Assembly: GCA_035250975.1 (NCBI GenBank) | Contig: DATFEP010000066.1 | Location: 12,117 to 76,116, forward strand | Direction of reading: 5' to 3' | DNA length: 64,000 bases | Source: Nitrososphaeraceae archaeon | GTDB lineage: Archaea; Thermoproteota; Nitrososphaeria; Nitrososphaerales; Nitrososphaeraceae | In this document: positions 41,756-53,334 of the stretch, piece by piece | How the letters are laid out: the number at the start of each line of letters is the position of its first letter | Numbering within the stretch: the first letter of the stretch is position 1 | Translations under genes and position numbers: made by a program | The notes under the pieces: model-generated | Database searches by the model: none | What the model was told of the DNA's origin: nothing | The model's input: the letters and a program-made list of their open reading frames with translations, nothing else

Positions 41756-43151
41756 TTAAAATGAATTTTCAGAATTATTAATTGAAGATGACTTATTTAA
41801 TCTATTTATCTGATGCTGTATATTCTCTATATTTTCGGTATTTAAGATAGCATCGATCTCCCGTGTCAAATTCATTTTTGCTAATCTCAAATTACTATAA
41901 CTAGACAAGTCATTTATTACCTCTCTTTTTTCATTTAGTGTCTGCCCATCCTTTTTCCATATCAAGTAAAAATACATCAATAAGGGCCTTTATGAGTATT
42001 ATATTACTCTCGTCTATTCCATAACTGAACAAATTTTTTAAACAAGGTCCAACTAATTCCTGACAATATAATAAATTTCTCTTTCTTTCGATTTGACCTT
42101 GAAGAATGTTAAAGATTTGCAGTAATCTATTATTTTCACTTTCTAAGGCCATTCTTCTTTCATAACTTTCCAACAATTCAAAAATTAATACTTTTAACTG
42201 TTGGATGTTTACCTTATGTTCAGAGGATATTTCAGTTAAAAACCCTTTTATTTTTCTTAGATCATGGATAGAAAATCCTAGATTTTCCAATTCGTCTAAA
42301 TTCTTTAATTTAATAATTGTTGTGTTTAATATATTCTCATAATCGGATTGTTTTTTTTCCAATTTTTTAATATTTATTTCTAAAATTTTGACATTTATCT
42401 CTAAATCAGACTTTGTTTTTTGTTTACTTTCAGTTTCAATTTCTAATTTTTTTAAATCAGAAAACTTTTCAATCAGTTTGAATGGATCATAGTTCGAAAA
42501 ATTTCTAATCCCTTCTATACATCTGACAAATTTATCGATATTTTGTACAGGCATACCATAGCTTTCTAGTTTATTTATTGTGTTCATGAAATAATCTAGG
42601 TTATTAGACGTAATCTTTGCATTTTGGTAAAGATTCCTTAATTCCTTTTCTCCAGATTCCTTTTCTTTTTTTAAATGAGTTGTTTGTTCCTCCAAATCTC
42701 TTTTTTCACTCTCCAATTTTTCAATTTCTCCTCTCAGTGACTGTAAATAATTTGGTATTTCAGAGATAGGCGTTATATTTGAGAGCCTAGCAATTTCTTT
42801 TAAACCGTCGTATAATATATCCCAATTTATTCCCATTTTTTGTGAGAATTCAGATATTCTTGTCAAAAAATTTTCAATATCCTCTTCCTGTAGCATCAAT
42901 TTTTGAATAATTCAATGTATCCTGGATCCAAAGACACAGTCCGCAGCTGTCATACCTTCTTGTCTTAAATATCGTACAAATTCTCTGATTGAATCGAATT
43001 CATAGTTGCCTAGACTTTTCCGTAATTTATCTAAAATATTCGAAACTGTCCCGTTACCTACTCCAAATTGCTCAGCTGTTTCGTCTCTAGATGCCCCCCT
43101 TAGCCAAGCCTGAATCATTGCTAACCGTAAATAATTTGCAATTTCTTTCAT
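41756..43151 (-). pseudogene. HTH + long coiled-coil protein, disrupted (in-frame TGA at 42912-42914; probable frameshift near 41950-41980)
   Basis: ORFs 42912-43151 and 41931-42899 share a frame (GSRIH*IIQKLMLQEEDIENFL); heptad-rich body. Confidence 0.7.
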
Positions 43152-43201
43152 CCATATCTATTATTGTATCCAAAAGCATATAAAAAAATCGTTGAATAGT
43201 T

Positions 43202-43261
43202 TCGTCAAGATAATCGTCAAATCGGTAGGGCTTTTCGTCATTATCGTCAAATTCTTCGTCA
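43202..43261. repeat. TCGTCA direct-repeat array upstream of the HTH-coiled-coil gene
   Basis: Copies at 43202, 43214, 43235, 43244, 43256. Confidence 0.8.
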
Positions 43262-43923
43262 AATGTTTTATTCGTAAATAATTACCGTACATAAAAATCG
43301 AGATAAATTTATTTTTAGAATATACATCTAGAAGATTGAAGGTAAAAAGCAAAATTTCGAATACTGATAAATTAGTGTTTTTTAACACATACGTGGTGAT
43401 ACCCATAGCGCACATATATAAGATACCAACTGCCATTCTACAATGTTTCATTCAGGTTGCATCTTAAGTCAGATACTACTTTTTTAATATCTTGTTCATT
43501 TCTAAATTTATAATTAGTTATTTACTGCCCCCTTTCATCGGTAACGATCTCACTTCAAATTTAATTGGATATCCCGTGACGGTATTTCTGCATGATGGCT
43601 TCTCGGACCTGTGCATTGACGTATAATGCAGTTCAAGAAATGTTTGCCAGACAGAGAAATTATATAATGAGCGCAAACCTCGGATGGTGGATAGCGATCT
43701 TAAATAAAAAGAATAAAAAAGTGGTGCAAAAAATAGCCAATTAATAAATAGTGTAGGGTTGGCAAGTTCGACATACTCCAGTAGCCTTGCATTTTGTCTT
43801 TGTCACGATTCTTCACCCGATTTTCATTTGGGCAAAAGTAATTAAAGTAAACATTTTTGATTAAGAGTAACCGGATATATCTGACTGAGACGTTTAAAAA
43901 TATAGTGAAGTTTTTTTAACAAT

Positions 43924-44235
43924 TTAATGGGTTAGGGTATAGTTCCAAGATAGGACATCTTTGAGAAGAGATGTAAGAAAACCAACATATTCATCATCTT
44001 GAAATTCTATCCTATCATATTCTTTTAATCTTAATGCCTCAGCCAATGATTTTAAATGGATACAACTATCCTTTCCAGAGAGAGTTTTAAAGAAATAATA
44101 TTTACAAGTACAATAATCTAAATCCAGATCCAACCAATATTCATTGTTCTTACTAACTATTGTCCAAATTTTTCTATTGCTTGGAACAAAAATATGAAGT
44201 TTTATCCTACTGTAAGAACCAATAGTACTTGTCAT
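43924..44235 (-). CDS. SWIM zinc-finger protein
   Basis: YCTCKYYFF..SCIHL (CxC..CxH). Confidence 0.8.
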   Translation of the reverse strand: MTSTIGSYSRIKLHIFVPSNRKIWTIVSKNNEYWLDLDLDYCTCKYYFFKTLSGKDSCIHLKSLAEALRLKEYDRIEFQDDEYVGFLTSLLKDVLSWNYTLTH

Positions 44236-44282
44236 TTTATTATGTTAAATATAATTTTGACATGCTTAAAATGCCTTTTCAA

Positions 44283-44900
44283 TTACAAAATAATTACTTT
44301 TCTACCTTCTACCTTTAATCTGTTTTCTGCAAATAACTTTACTGCCTGAGGATACAATTTATGTTCCAACTCTAATATCCTATTTGAAATATCTTCTTCA
44401 GTATCAGTTGTGTAAACATTAACTGCTTGTTGAAGAATAATTGGTCCCGTATCAACCTCATCATCAACAAAATGAACCGTACATCCGGACACTTTAACAC
44501 CGTAATCCAGTGCCTGTTTCTGTGCGTGTAATCCCCTAAATGAGGGTAGTAACGCAGGATGAATATTCATTATTCTAAATTTATATTCATTTACAAATTC
44601 CGTACTAATAATTTTCATATATCCTGCAAGACAAATCAATCCATTTGATGGAAGAACATTATATGACCGTAATATTGACACTATGTCTTTATCATAATCC
44701 CATCCTTTCTTTCCATTACCTAGAACAATTTCAGTAGGAATATTAAAATTATTTTTTGCTACTTCAAGTCCAATAGCATCTTTTCTATTTGAGATAACTA
44801 CAGCAGGGTTCACATTCTTTAAATTGCCGCTCAAGATAGAAGAAAGAATGGCTTTCATATTACTGCCCCTACCAGAAATGATGATTGCGAGATTTATCAT
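44283..44900 (-). CDS. purN: Phosphoribosylglycinamide formyltransferase
   Basis: ISGRGSNM, LAGYMKI, NIHPALLP, GCTVHFV, DTGPII. Confidence 0.96.
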   Translation of the reverse strand: MINLAIIISGRGSNMKAILSSILSGNLKNVNPAVVISNRKDAIGLEVAKNNFNIPTEIVLGNGKKGWDYDKDIVSILRSYNVLPSNGLICLAGYMKIISTEFVNEYKFRIMNIHPALLPSFRGLHAQKQALDYGVKVSGCTVHFVDDEVDTGPIILQQAVNVYTTDTEEDISNRILELEHKLYPQAVKLFAENRLKVEGRKVIIL

Positions 44901-45183
44901 TATATTTTGAGATTATAATTGCTAGAAAATATATTAAAAGTTTCGAATTCAATAGATAAAATCAAAATAGTAAATAAGTTGAACAGTATATTTTTAAAAA
45001 CTTATTTTATTGAAATTTATTGGTGGAAATTATACACATTATATGTACAGGAAAAATCATGAAGAGTCTTCTTAAGACTGAAAATATTGAAAAGTTAGTT
45101 TATATGCTCCAAAGAATGTGAAAATGAAGTATTAATAATCGTAACAGAAATAAATGAATATTGATGTTATAGAACGTATTTAA

Positions 45184-45822
45184 TTGTCAAATAAATGGCT
45201 ATCCTGGGTTCGGACAAACGATAAGGACATCCTTGACAGTTTGGAAAGTCAAGGTTCTAATCTTGTTAAGTCAACCACACTTTTGGTAGAAATTCTAACA
45301 GATTACGAAAAATCTCTGGAAGAAAAAAAACAAAAGATAAGAGAATTAGAGCATACTGGGGATGAAATTTCACACCGGCTATTTACCATAATTTCCCAAA
45401 CATTTGTAACTCCAATCGATAGAGAAGATATATCCAAACTTACCAGCTCTATAGACGAGGTTCTTGATTATGTTGATGGAATTTCTGAGAGATTTGTTCT
45501 TTTTAAAATAAAGAAACCGACGCAATACATGATGGAATTGGGAAAAATCATTTTATCAGCTTCACAGGAGATATATATTTTAGTAACTATGTTAAAAAGA
45601 ATAAAAGATCATCAAGAATTACGCAACCATTGTGCAAACATTAAGAAATATGAACATGATGCAGACAAGATTTATAGAAAGGCGATTGCAGAATTGTTTG
45701 AAACCAATGATCCAATAGAGATAATAAAACTTAAAGAAGTATATGATAACCTTGAAGAATCTCTTGATAAATGTCAGGATGTTGCAGATATCGTAGAGGA
45801 TATCTCTTTGAAATACGGATAG
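45184..45822 (+). CDS. DUF47 / PhoU-like phosphate transport regulator
   Basis: ELEHTGD, TFVTPIDREDI, EHDAD; upstream of pit. Confidence 0.9.
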   Translation: MSNKWLSWVRTNDKDILDSLESQGSNLVKSTTLLVEILTDYEKSLEEKKQKIRELEHTGDEISHRLFTIISQTFVTPIDREDISKLTSSIDEVLDYVDGISERFVLFKIKKPTQYMMELGKIILSASQEIYILVTMLKRIKDHQELRNHCANIKKYEHDADKIYRKAIAELFETNDPIEIIKLKEVYDNLEESLDKCQDVADIVEDISLKYG

Positions 45823-45855
45823 CTCAATTTGTTTAAAAAAGGTGGTTGCTGAATA

Positions 45856-46866
45856 ATGCCCGTGGATAGCGGAATAGTACTAATATGTGGAATATTAACA
45901 GCTTTATTCTTTGATTTTGTAAATGGATTTCACGATTCTGCAAATGCCATTGCAACAGTTGTCGGTACCCGTGTCCTTAAACCACTTCAAGCAGTGTCTA
46001 TGGCTGCTCTAGCTAACTTTGCAGGTCCTTTTGTATTCGGTACAGCAATTGCAGCTACGGTCGGAAAGGGAATAATACAAGCAGAATTTTCAACGTTTGA
46101 AGTAATTATTGCAGGTCTTATAGGCGCTATTGTATGGGATTTATTGACCTGGTATTTTGGTTTGCCATCATCTAGCAGTCATGCATTAATAGGAGGTTTA
46201 ATTGGGTCTGCATTAGTGGCGGGTGGTGTCCAAGCCCTTGTCTTTGGCGGCATAGAAAAAGTACTTACTTTTATAGCAGTTTCACCTATGTTGGGATTCA
46301 TAGTTGCTTTATCTTTTGCGATAGTTATAATGTATTTTTTAAGGAAGTATCGACCATATAAAATCAATAAGGTATTTGGAAAATTGCAGATCGTTTCTTC
46401 TGTATTCTTTTCACTTACGCACGGCGCAAATGATGGACAAAAAACAATGGGAATTATTACAGCATTACTAATTGCTGGTGGACTTTTAGATGCTAAATCA
46501 TTTGTTGTACCAACATGGGTTATTTTAGTATCTGCCATAGCTATTGCCTTGGGGACGTTTCTAGGTGGCTGGAGAATAGTAAAGACTATGGCTTTCAGAA
46601 TTACAGACCTAAAACCGTTCCAAGGATTCTGTGCTGAAACTGGAGGAGGAGTAATACTAACCACAATGGCATGGCTTGGAATTCCCGTGAGTACTACGCA
46701 TGCCATATCAGGTGCCATAATGGGTGTGGGTTCGACAAGAAGACTTTCTGCTGTAAGGTGGGGTATTGGGAGAAGAATAGTCTATGCTTGGTTAATTACT
46801 ATTCCAGCTAGCGCAGCAGTTTCTGCAATTGTTTTTGTAATGATAAAAACTATTAATGGAAATTAA
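45856..46866 (+). CDS. pit: Inorganic phosphate transporter (PiT family)
   Basis: NGFHDSANAIAT, PSSSSHA, HGANDGQK, PVSTTH. Confidence 0.95.
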   Translation: MPVDSGIVLICGILTALFFDFVNGFHDSANAIATVVGTRVLKPLQAVSMAALANFAGPFVFGTAIAATVGKGIIQAEFSTFEVIIAGLIGAIVWDLLTWYFGLPSSSSHALIGGLIGSALVAGGVQALVFGGIEKVLTFIAVSPMLGFIVALSFAIVIMYFLRKYRPYKINKVFGKLQIVSSVFFSLTHGANDGQKTMGIITALLIAGGLLDAKSFVVPTWVILVSAIAIALGTFLGGWRIVKTMAFRITDLKPFQGFCAETGGGVILTTMAWLGIPVSTTHAISGAIMGVGSTRRLSAVRWGIGRRIVYAWLITIPASAAVSAIVFVMIKTINGN

Positions 46867-46902
46867 ATATAATTTGCCAATAAAATAATTGAGAACTATA
46901 AA

Positions 46903-47100
46903 TTAGATTTGTTTTGGAAGACAGTTTTGACAGGATCTTTTTAGAAAAAGAATACCCTCGATATTACTGGAAGTATACACGTCGTAAGAAGCTAATTCTT
47001 TTTTGCATGTATCACAATGTATTATCTGCAGGCCTAGTATCGATTCTGAAATAGGTTGTATCTGCTTTATGTCAGCGTTAAAGGTTTCTTGGTATTTCAT
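46903..47100 (-). CDS. Small CxxC...CxxC zinc-finger protein
   Basis: CDTCKKELA..KRSCQNCL; TATA-rich region upstream. Confidence 0.65.
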   Translation of the reverse strand: MKYQETFNADIKQIQPISESILGLQIIHCDTCKKELASYDVYTSSNIEGILFLKRSCQNCLPKQI

Positions 47101-47860
47101 TGATATAATATAGCCATCCTCGCTTTAATATACTCTTTATATATATACTATATAGATATCATAAACTATATAGAATAAAATAGATTTAGTTCAAAAATCA
47201 TATGGTAACTTCCAATGATATTACTCAAGAAATCTTTTCCTCATAGAAGTTTTTAACCCTAACTACTTTGGGAAAGAGTGTTTCATTGTCACACCAATGT
47301 AATCTTTTTAGTGAATGCTTTCAGGTGGAGAAATAACAAATGAAAATTTAGTAAATACAATATAAAATTTTAATCGATATTTTCTTTCTTTGTTGATTTT
47401 ACTAATATTAATTTAAATTTAATGAGAAAACGTGAAATAAAAATATAAAGAACACAAATCTGCCCTAATTTTCTATTTACTATTCCTAAAAATTCAACCC
47501 TTCCACTAAAATTCATGAGATCCATAATTTCTAATATCTTTAAAAGCTGTAAGGTTTGAAACTCAGAGATTGAAAGTATAAATAGAAAATATCTAACTAC
47601 AAATGTATGTATCCTGTTTCTTGTAAATATGATTATTTATTCTAATACCATATTCACGAATGGATTTTACGACTATAATTATCAGTACCAAATCAGCAGA
47701 TCGTTTGACGTTTGCAGTTCATATTTTGCTTTTACAAAATTTCATTCTAATATGTCTTACCTAAAGCACATAAAAATTCTTCAATTTTTTTAGATATTTG
47801 CATAATATGTGAACAGCGAATCAATTTTTATCAAAAATAAAGAGATGTTTATATCATGCC

Positions 47861-48994
47861 ATGAATGAAAAAACAATAATTAAAATATTAGGTTTAAAAA
47901 TCCATAGTATGGTTTCTGGCGTGAAGTTTACTGATGAAGGTGTCTCAATTGAAAATAGTAACTCAAAAATATTGCTAGATCCAACAAAAATCAATAACCA
48001 TGATTTTGTATTTGTTTCCCATGCTCATTCAGATCACGTTTATAGAAAGCCAAAAAATAAAAAAAATATTGAAACTTTAGTTTCTCAAGAGACAGAAATG
48101 ATTGCAAATGCAAGAGGATATGATATTACTAATCCTATTTATGATAAAAAAGATTTTGAATTAATAGACACTGGTCACATATTAGGATCAAGAGGGTTAC
48201 TTGCCTATAACGATGTATATTACACAGGAGATATATCTATAAGAAAAAGAGGATTTATGAACCCATCTAAGAAGATTCCCAAGGTCGACATATTAATAAT
48301 AGAGTCTACATTTGGAAAAGCTGAGTATATTTTCCCTAATCCAAAGGATATAATACATCGAACAAACAATATTATCTCAAATGCATATGAAAAGGGAATT
48401 CCAGTTATCATTATGGGATACCCTCTTGGAAAGGCTCAGCTATTAATGGATTTTTTCAGTCATTGGGATCCTTTTTATGTATTCGATTCTATAGAGACAA
48501 TAAATTCCGTATATAGAGAAATGAATATTCCTTTAAGGGATGTTATAACTTATGGCAAAGCAGAAAAAAATAATTCTTTATCAAAAAAACCGTGGATAAT
48601 GCTATCATCATTAATGAACGGAAGAACAAAATTACTCAAAAATATTAAAGAAAAATATGAGGCTATCACGATAGGTTTTAGCGGATGGGCATGTAATCCA
48701 AGTTATAAATATATGATGGATCTTGATTATGCCATGCCTTTAAGTGACCATTGTGATTACAAAGATCTTTTACATATAGTTGAAAAAGGCAATCCAAAAA
48801 AAGTATTTACTTTTCATGGTTTCGCAGATGAATTCGCTAGATCTTTAATAAATTTAGGATATAATGCCGAACCCATTAGGAAGGGATATAGAAAAGATAG
48901 TAACAAAGCAAATAAAAAGATAAAGGAAAATAAACATTTGAGATCAAAAATAATAGAAAGGAAAGATCGATCATTGGATTCATTTTTAAAGTAA
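47861..48994 (+). CDS. MBL-fold / beta-CASP exonuclease (RNA processing or DNA repair type)
   Basis: SHAHSDH, GHILGS, YTGD, IESTFG, LGKAQ, LSDHCD, HG. Confidence 0.88.
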   Translation: MNEKTIIKILGLKIHSMVSGVKFTDEGVSIENSNSKILLDPTKINNHDFVFVSHAHSDHVYRKPKNKKNIETLVSQETEMIANARGYDITNPIYDKKDFELIDTGHILGSRGLLAYNDVYYTGDISIRKRGFMNPSKKIPKVDILIIESTFGKAEYIFPNPKDIIHRTNNIISNAYEKGIPVIIMGYPLGKAQLLMDFFSHWDPFYVFDSIETINSVYREMNIPLRDVITYGKAEKNNSLSKKPWIMLSSLMNGRTKLLKNIKEKYEAITIGFSGWACNPSYKYMMDLDYAMPLSDHCDYKDLLHIVEKGNPKKVFTFHGFADEFARSLINLGYNAEPIRKGYRKDSNKANKKIKENKHLRSKIIERKDRSLDSFLK

Positions 48995-49089
48995 AAAATT
49001 TATTTTATACTTTTTAAAAAAATAGATCTTGAATACACACTAATATCAGATAAAAAAGATGAAAGTTATTAAAAAAGTGTAACCTTATT

Positions 49090-50172
49090 TTATTTCTTTT
49101 CCTGTTCTCTAAAATATGGGATTACTTTTTTACCAAACATCTCTATATTTTTGAAGTATCCATCACCCCAGAACCTAATAATGAAATGATTCACACCAGA
49201 ATTAATAAATCGCTCTAGCATTTCGATTACTTCATCGGGTTTACCAACGCCTATTGCAGTTCTTGCTACGCTGTCTGGGATGGATAATGCAGCCTTTTTC
49301 ATTTGTTCCATAAGTTCTGGCTTATCCATTGTATATTCAGTAAAATATCTTCGAAAATCAAATTCGGAATCCTGCTGTATATTATGAACTTTCAATAATT
49401 CAGGTTTATAAAGACTAACTTTCACAGCATTTTTCATTTTGTTCCATGCTTCTTCTCCATCTTCTGTAAAATAGATATCGACATCGTTTGCAAATTGGAA
49501 ATCAGTCAAATCTCTCCCTAAAGTCTTTGCATGTCCACGTATTACGTCTGCATGGGCTTTAAATAACCCAGGGGTATAACCTATCGGAATCCAACCATCA
49601 CCATATCTAGCACATAATTCGAGCGTTTTTGGTGCACCGGCGGCAATATAGACAGGAGGTCTTGGTTTTCGAATACTCGCAGCTTGCAAACAGGCATTAA
49701 TTAGTCTATAATATTGACCATCATAATCAACTCTATTATCTGGATCTGATTGAAAGAGCTTATCAATAACTTCTAGTTGTTCCTTTAATTTGGTAACAGG
49801 TTTATTAAATTCAATACCAAAATCTACAACATTCTGAGCTTCGCCTGCACCAATACCAAGCATTCCTCTACCATTAGTTATTCTATCCAGGGTTACAGTT
49901 GCCAAGGCTATTGCAGAAGGATGTCTCCTAATTGCATCAGTAACACATGTACCTAATTCAACTTTATTCGTTAATGCACCTATAGCTGCTAGTAATAACC
50001 AAGCGTCATTTACAACAGCGTTTTTCCATTGGGGAACGTTAGTATGATCCATCGCCCATATGGAATCATAATCTAGTCTATCAGCCATCTGGCATGCAGT
50101 AATAATTTGTGTTTCATCTAAACCAAGTCTCGCAACATTAAGTCCTTGAGTAAAACCAAATTTTATCTTCAT
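49090..50172 (-). CDS. LLM-class (probably F420-dependent) oxidoreductase
   Basis: DSIWAMDH, ELGTCVT, GRGMLGIGAG, YGDGW; cofE is present in the window. Confidence 0.88.
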   Translation of the reverse strand: MKIKFGFTQGLNVARLGLDETQIITACQMADRLDYDSIWAMDHTNVPQWKNAVVNDAWLLLAAIGALTNKVELGTCVTDAIRRHPSAIALATVTLDRITNGRGMLGIGAGEAQNVVDFGIEFNKPVTKLKEQLEVIDKLFQSDPDNRVDYDGQYYRLINACLQAASIRKPRPPVYIAAGAPKTLELCARYGDGWIPIGYTPGLFKAHADVIRGHAKTLGRDLTDFQFANDVDIYFTEDGEEAWNKMKNAVKVSLYKPELLKVHNIQQDSEFDFRRYFTEYTMDKPELMEQMKKAALSIPDSVARTAIGVGKPDEVIEMLERFINSGVNHFIIRFWGDGYFKNIEMFGKKVIPYFREQEKK

Positions 50173-50586
50173 TAATATATTATCTCCCCGCTTTTCAAGA
50201 TATTAAAGATTACTAAAAAGTTGTTGAGAATCACAATTGTTGAAAAGAACTTCAACCATATTTATGCATTTTCAGATAGAATAGAAAAAATATATTAAAA
50301 TATGAATAAATTTCAAATATCAATTGAATTCTTATAAAATTTATACTATAAAAGCAAGGGGAATTTTGTAGAATACTCTGTAAAGAATTTCAACATTATG
50401 ATATAATAATACAAAAAAATAAAATTAGAAAAAAGTAAATTACAAAATTTAGAATAACATATAAAAGTTTATCGTGTACAATTTTCATTTAAAAGGTTGG
50501 TTACTGGTAATAAGAAAATTTAATTTGATTAAAAGATTTTTATTAATTAAAAGGTACCAGAATAACATTAAGTTATATATAAGATA

Positions 50587-51024
50587 GTGATAAGAATCGA
50601 TATGTCTTACAAAATAAAAGGCATCTCATTATTGGTTTCTGATATTAAAAAAACTTTAGAATTTTACAAGAATGTCTTGGGAATAAATATAAATCAAAAA
50701 AATGACAATACAATAGAATTTTCCTATAAAGGGTCAGATAGTATCAACTTTGTGTTAGCAAATAGAAATTCAGAAGAAAACAAAGATACTCAGCTCCCGC
50801 AAAATGGAAACATAATGATAACGTTTTTAATTAATAATTTTGATGAAATTCACAATAACCTCATTCAGAAAAATGCTAAAGTTTATAGTGAAGCAACGCA
50901 AGGACCAAATACAAAAAATGTCATAATAGAGGATCCTGATGGCTATCTGATCTCACTTGTTGAAATCATTCCAAAAGATGAATTCTCGCAAATACCGTAT
51001 TATCATGGTTTTGCTCCAGAATAA
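50587..51024 (+). CDS. VOC/glyoxalase family protein
   Basis: LLVSDIKKTLEFYKNVLG and IEDPDGYLISL. Confidence 0.88.
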   Translation: MIRIDMSYKIKGISLLVSDIKKTLEFYKNVLGININQKNDNTIEFSYKGSDSINFVLANRNSEENKDTQLPQNGNIMITFLINNFDEIHNNLIQKNAKVYSEATQGPNTKNVIIEDPDGYLISLVEIIPKDEFSQIPYYHGFAPE

Positions 51025-51254
51025 CTATATTTTTGATTATTATTCATATCTTCAATAATATGATAAAATTTTTTTATAATTTTTGATATTAAAACTTTTA
51101 AAATATGTTTAACTAGATGGGTTAAATAACAACAATAAAAGGAAAACAGACACAAGCAGAGATATAAATATCTGTTTACTAGGAAAAAATTACTAAACAT
51201 GAAAGAACATAGCTAAAGTAATAAATTACATCGTATAGCATTATATTTCTGAAT

Positions 51255-52730
51255 TTATTTACTTTGATCAGAGTTACCCTTATTTCTGTCCGTTAGGTCT
51301 TTTAGCATATCATAAAATTTTTCAATTAGAATAGTATATTGGTCTTTAGTTATTCTGCCTCTAATAAATTCATGTTTAATAATCTCTATAGCATTCTTAA
51401 CATTATGTATCGATTCAGGGATATTATTTTCATCATAATTTTTATATATTTTTCGAAGGTAGCTGCTAGCAATGCGTTTTTTATTGTAATCATTAACAAG
51501 ACGTGAAACCGATGGAATGAATATAGTAAACAGAGCTGTTAAAATAACTGCCATATAACTAGCGGGAATTTCAGGGAACGAAAATAAGAAAGGGGAAGAC
51601 TTTTGAACATTCAAACTCAAATAAAGAATTTTTGAATAATTATGTACTTGAGTTAATGGACTAGTTTGATTATAATCAAGAATTTGTGAGTTGAGGATAC
51701 TATAAGATAAATTTAATGGTACAATATAATTTTTAAAGTCGATTTTTGGATCTATATTAAAATCAACCAGTATTGAACCCGATCCGCCAAATAAGTCTAG
51801 TTTGCTTCCCTGGGGCAAGTTTATATTAATTTCCTTCGGATAAGTTTTGTTTGAAATATCAACATTTACAAAGAGATCGTTATTGGATGTACTGTTGAAA
51901 ATTAAAATATTTGAATGTTTTCCAGGAGATAAGTTTATCCCTTTATTACTAATTGATAGGTCTGGAACAGGAAAATGAAGCTGTCCAATGGTATCTATTA
52001 TTTTGTAGTGTTTTGATTTTGCCCCTAGCTGAACTAATATAGAATAATCGCTTGGATAATTCATCTGTTTTAAATCAATTATGGTTTTAATCCCGTCAGA
52101 AATAAAGGACATATATTTATAATCAGCGGCAGAACTAAAAAATAATGGGTCGTAATTATAGTCGATTATTTCGTATCCACCAATTGTCCAATTAAAGTAA
52201 TCAAATGATTCTGTGAATTCAAACTCATTAGGAAGTGAGCTATTTTGAAAATCTTGATTGGATAATAGACCGAACTCATGTAGCGATTTGGCAGTACCTG
52301 TTGTATTTGATTTAAAATCTAAATTCTTGTTTTCTATTGTTTTTGAATTATTGTGATTTATTAAATATCTATAGTCATATCCTAAAAATCCCGTATCAAT
52401 ATCGTCATCAGAATTTATCAAAACGTTGATGAAAAATTCGTTTGAGTTATTGTTCTTTAAAAATTGAAACACTTCTGAAGGTAAATCTTCGGAAAATATC
52501 TTTATCTCTAAATGAGTTCCGTTACTTGAAATCGAAGTAGTTTCTATGTTAACCAATGATTTGATTCTTGAAAGTTCACTATCATCTGTTAAATTTTCAT
52601 ATAATACGGTTACATCACTAGTTTTATCCTGAATGGTCGTTCTACTGAATGTTGGAGAAATTGCATAGATATCAGAGATATAAAACACAAAAAATATGCT
52701 AATTAAAAGAAAACAGATCAAATGATTCAA
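51255..52730 (-). CDS. Secreted, membrane-anchored hypothetical protein
   Basis: Signal peptide, many N-x-S/T sequons, C-terminal TM helix plus short cytoplasmic domain (GRITKDQY). Confidence 0.75.
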   Translation of the reverse strand: MNHLICFLLISIFFVFYISDIYAISPTFSRTTIQDKTSDVTVLYENLTDDSELSRIKSLVNIETTSISSNGTHLEIKIFSEDLPSEVFQFLKNNNSNEFFINVLINSDDDIDTGFLGYDYRYLINHNNSKTIENKNLDFKSNTTGTAKSLHEFGLLSNQDFQNSSLPNEFEFTESFDYFNWTIGGYEIIDYNYDPLFFSSAADYKYMSFISDGIKTIIDLKQMNYPSDYSILVQLGAKSKHYKIIDTIGQLHFPVPDLSISNKGINLSPGKHSNILIFNSTSNNDLFVNVDISNKTYPKEININLPQGSKLDLFGGSGSILVDFNIDPKIDFKNYIVPLNLSYSILNSQILDYNQTSPLTQVHNYSKILYLSLNVQKSSPFLFSFPEIPASYMAVILTALFTIFIPSVSRLVNDYNKKRIASSYLRKIYKNYDENNIPESIHNVKNAIEIIKHEFIRGRITKDQYTILIEKFYDMLKDLTDRNKGNSDQSK

Positions 52731-52806
52731 TTATTTCATTAGAGTTTCATCCTTTTATAATTTTTATTTTGAAGATCGATGTTCGAAAAGTCGACAGGAT
52801 TTTATA

Positions 52807-53334
52807 ATGAATTGTAATAGTAAATTCATGAAAATAATACTATTAACAACTGGAGCTCTGATTTTGTTTCTTGGCACATTCTATCCCATAAATTTCAATA
52901 GCATCATTTTTGCACAAGAAGCAGAATCAGGAAATGCACAATCTATCGTAAGTTTAGAGATGAATATAAGGAATATACAATCTATTTCAAGCTATTCAAG
53001 TATAATTGATTTTGACACTAATTTCACGGTTACAGGAAGCAATACAAATATAATCAAAGAGGCAAATTTAATAAAAAATACAATAATAGAAGATTTTGAT
53101 AAGTCACCTACAATAGGATATGTAAAAATTCAAAATGGCGCTGATCAAGTAAATAATACTACTTTATCCAGCCCATTTGCAAGTAAACAGCAAATAGATG
53201 ATAAGATTTCAATTGAATTCGATAAGGCTATAAAAGAGTCTGAAAATTCAGCCACCGCATCAGGGATAGTAAATTGTGAGTTTGGTATGTATTTATCCAA
53301 TTTTCGATGTTCTTTTTCCGAATTGCTCGAGTGA
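52807..53334 (+). CDS. Secreted hypothetical protein
   Basis: Signal peptide ending FAQ; C-terminal Cys pair. Confidence 0.7.
   Translation: MNCNSKFMKIILLTTGALILFLGTFYPINFNSIIFAQEAESGNAQSIVSLEMNIRNIQSISSYSSIIDFDTNFTVTGSNTNIIKEANLIKNTIIEDFDKSPTIGYVKIQNGADQVNNTTLSSPFASKQQIDDKISIEFDKAIKESENSATASGIVNCEFGMYLSNFRCSFSELLE

Noticed and set aside
43161-43451. 96-aa minus-strand ORF
   Set aside because: It runs through the TCGTCA array and promoter with no protein features; probably non-coding.
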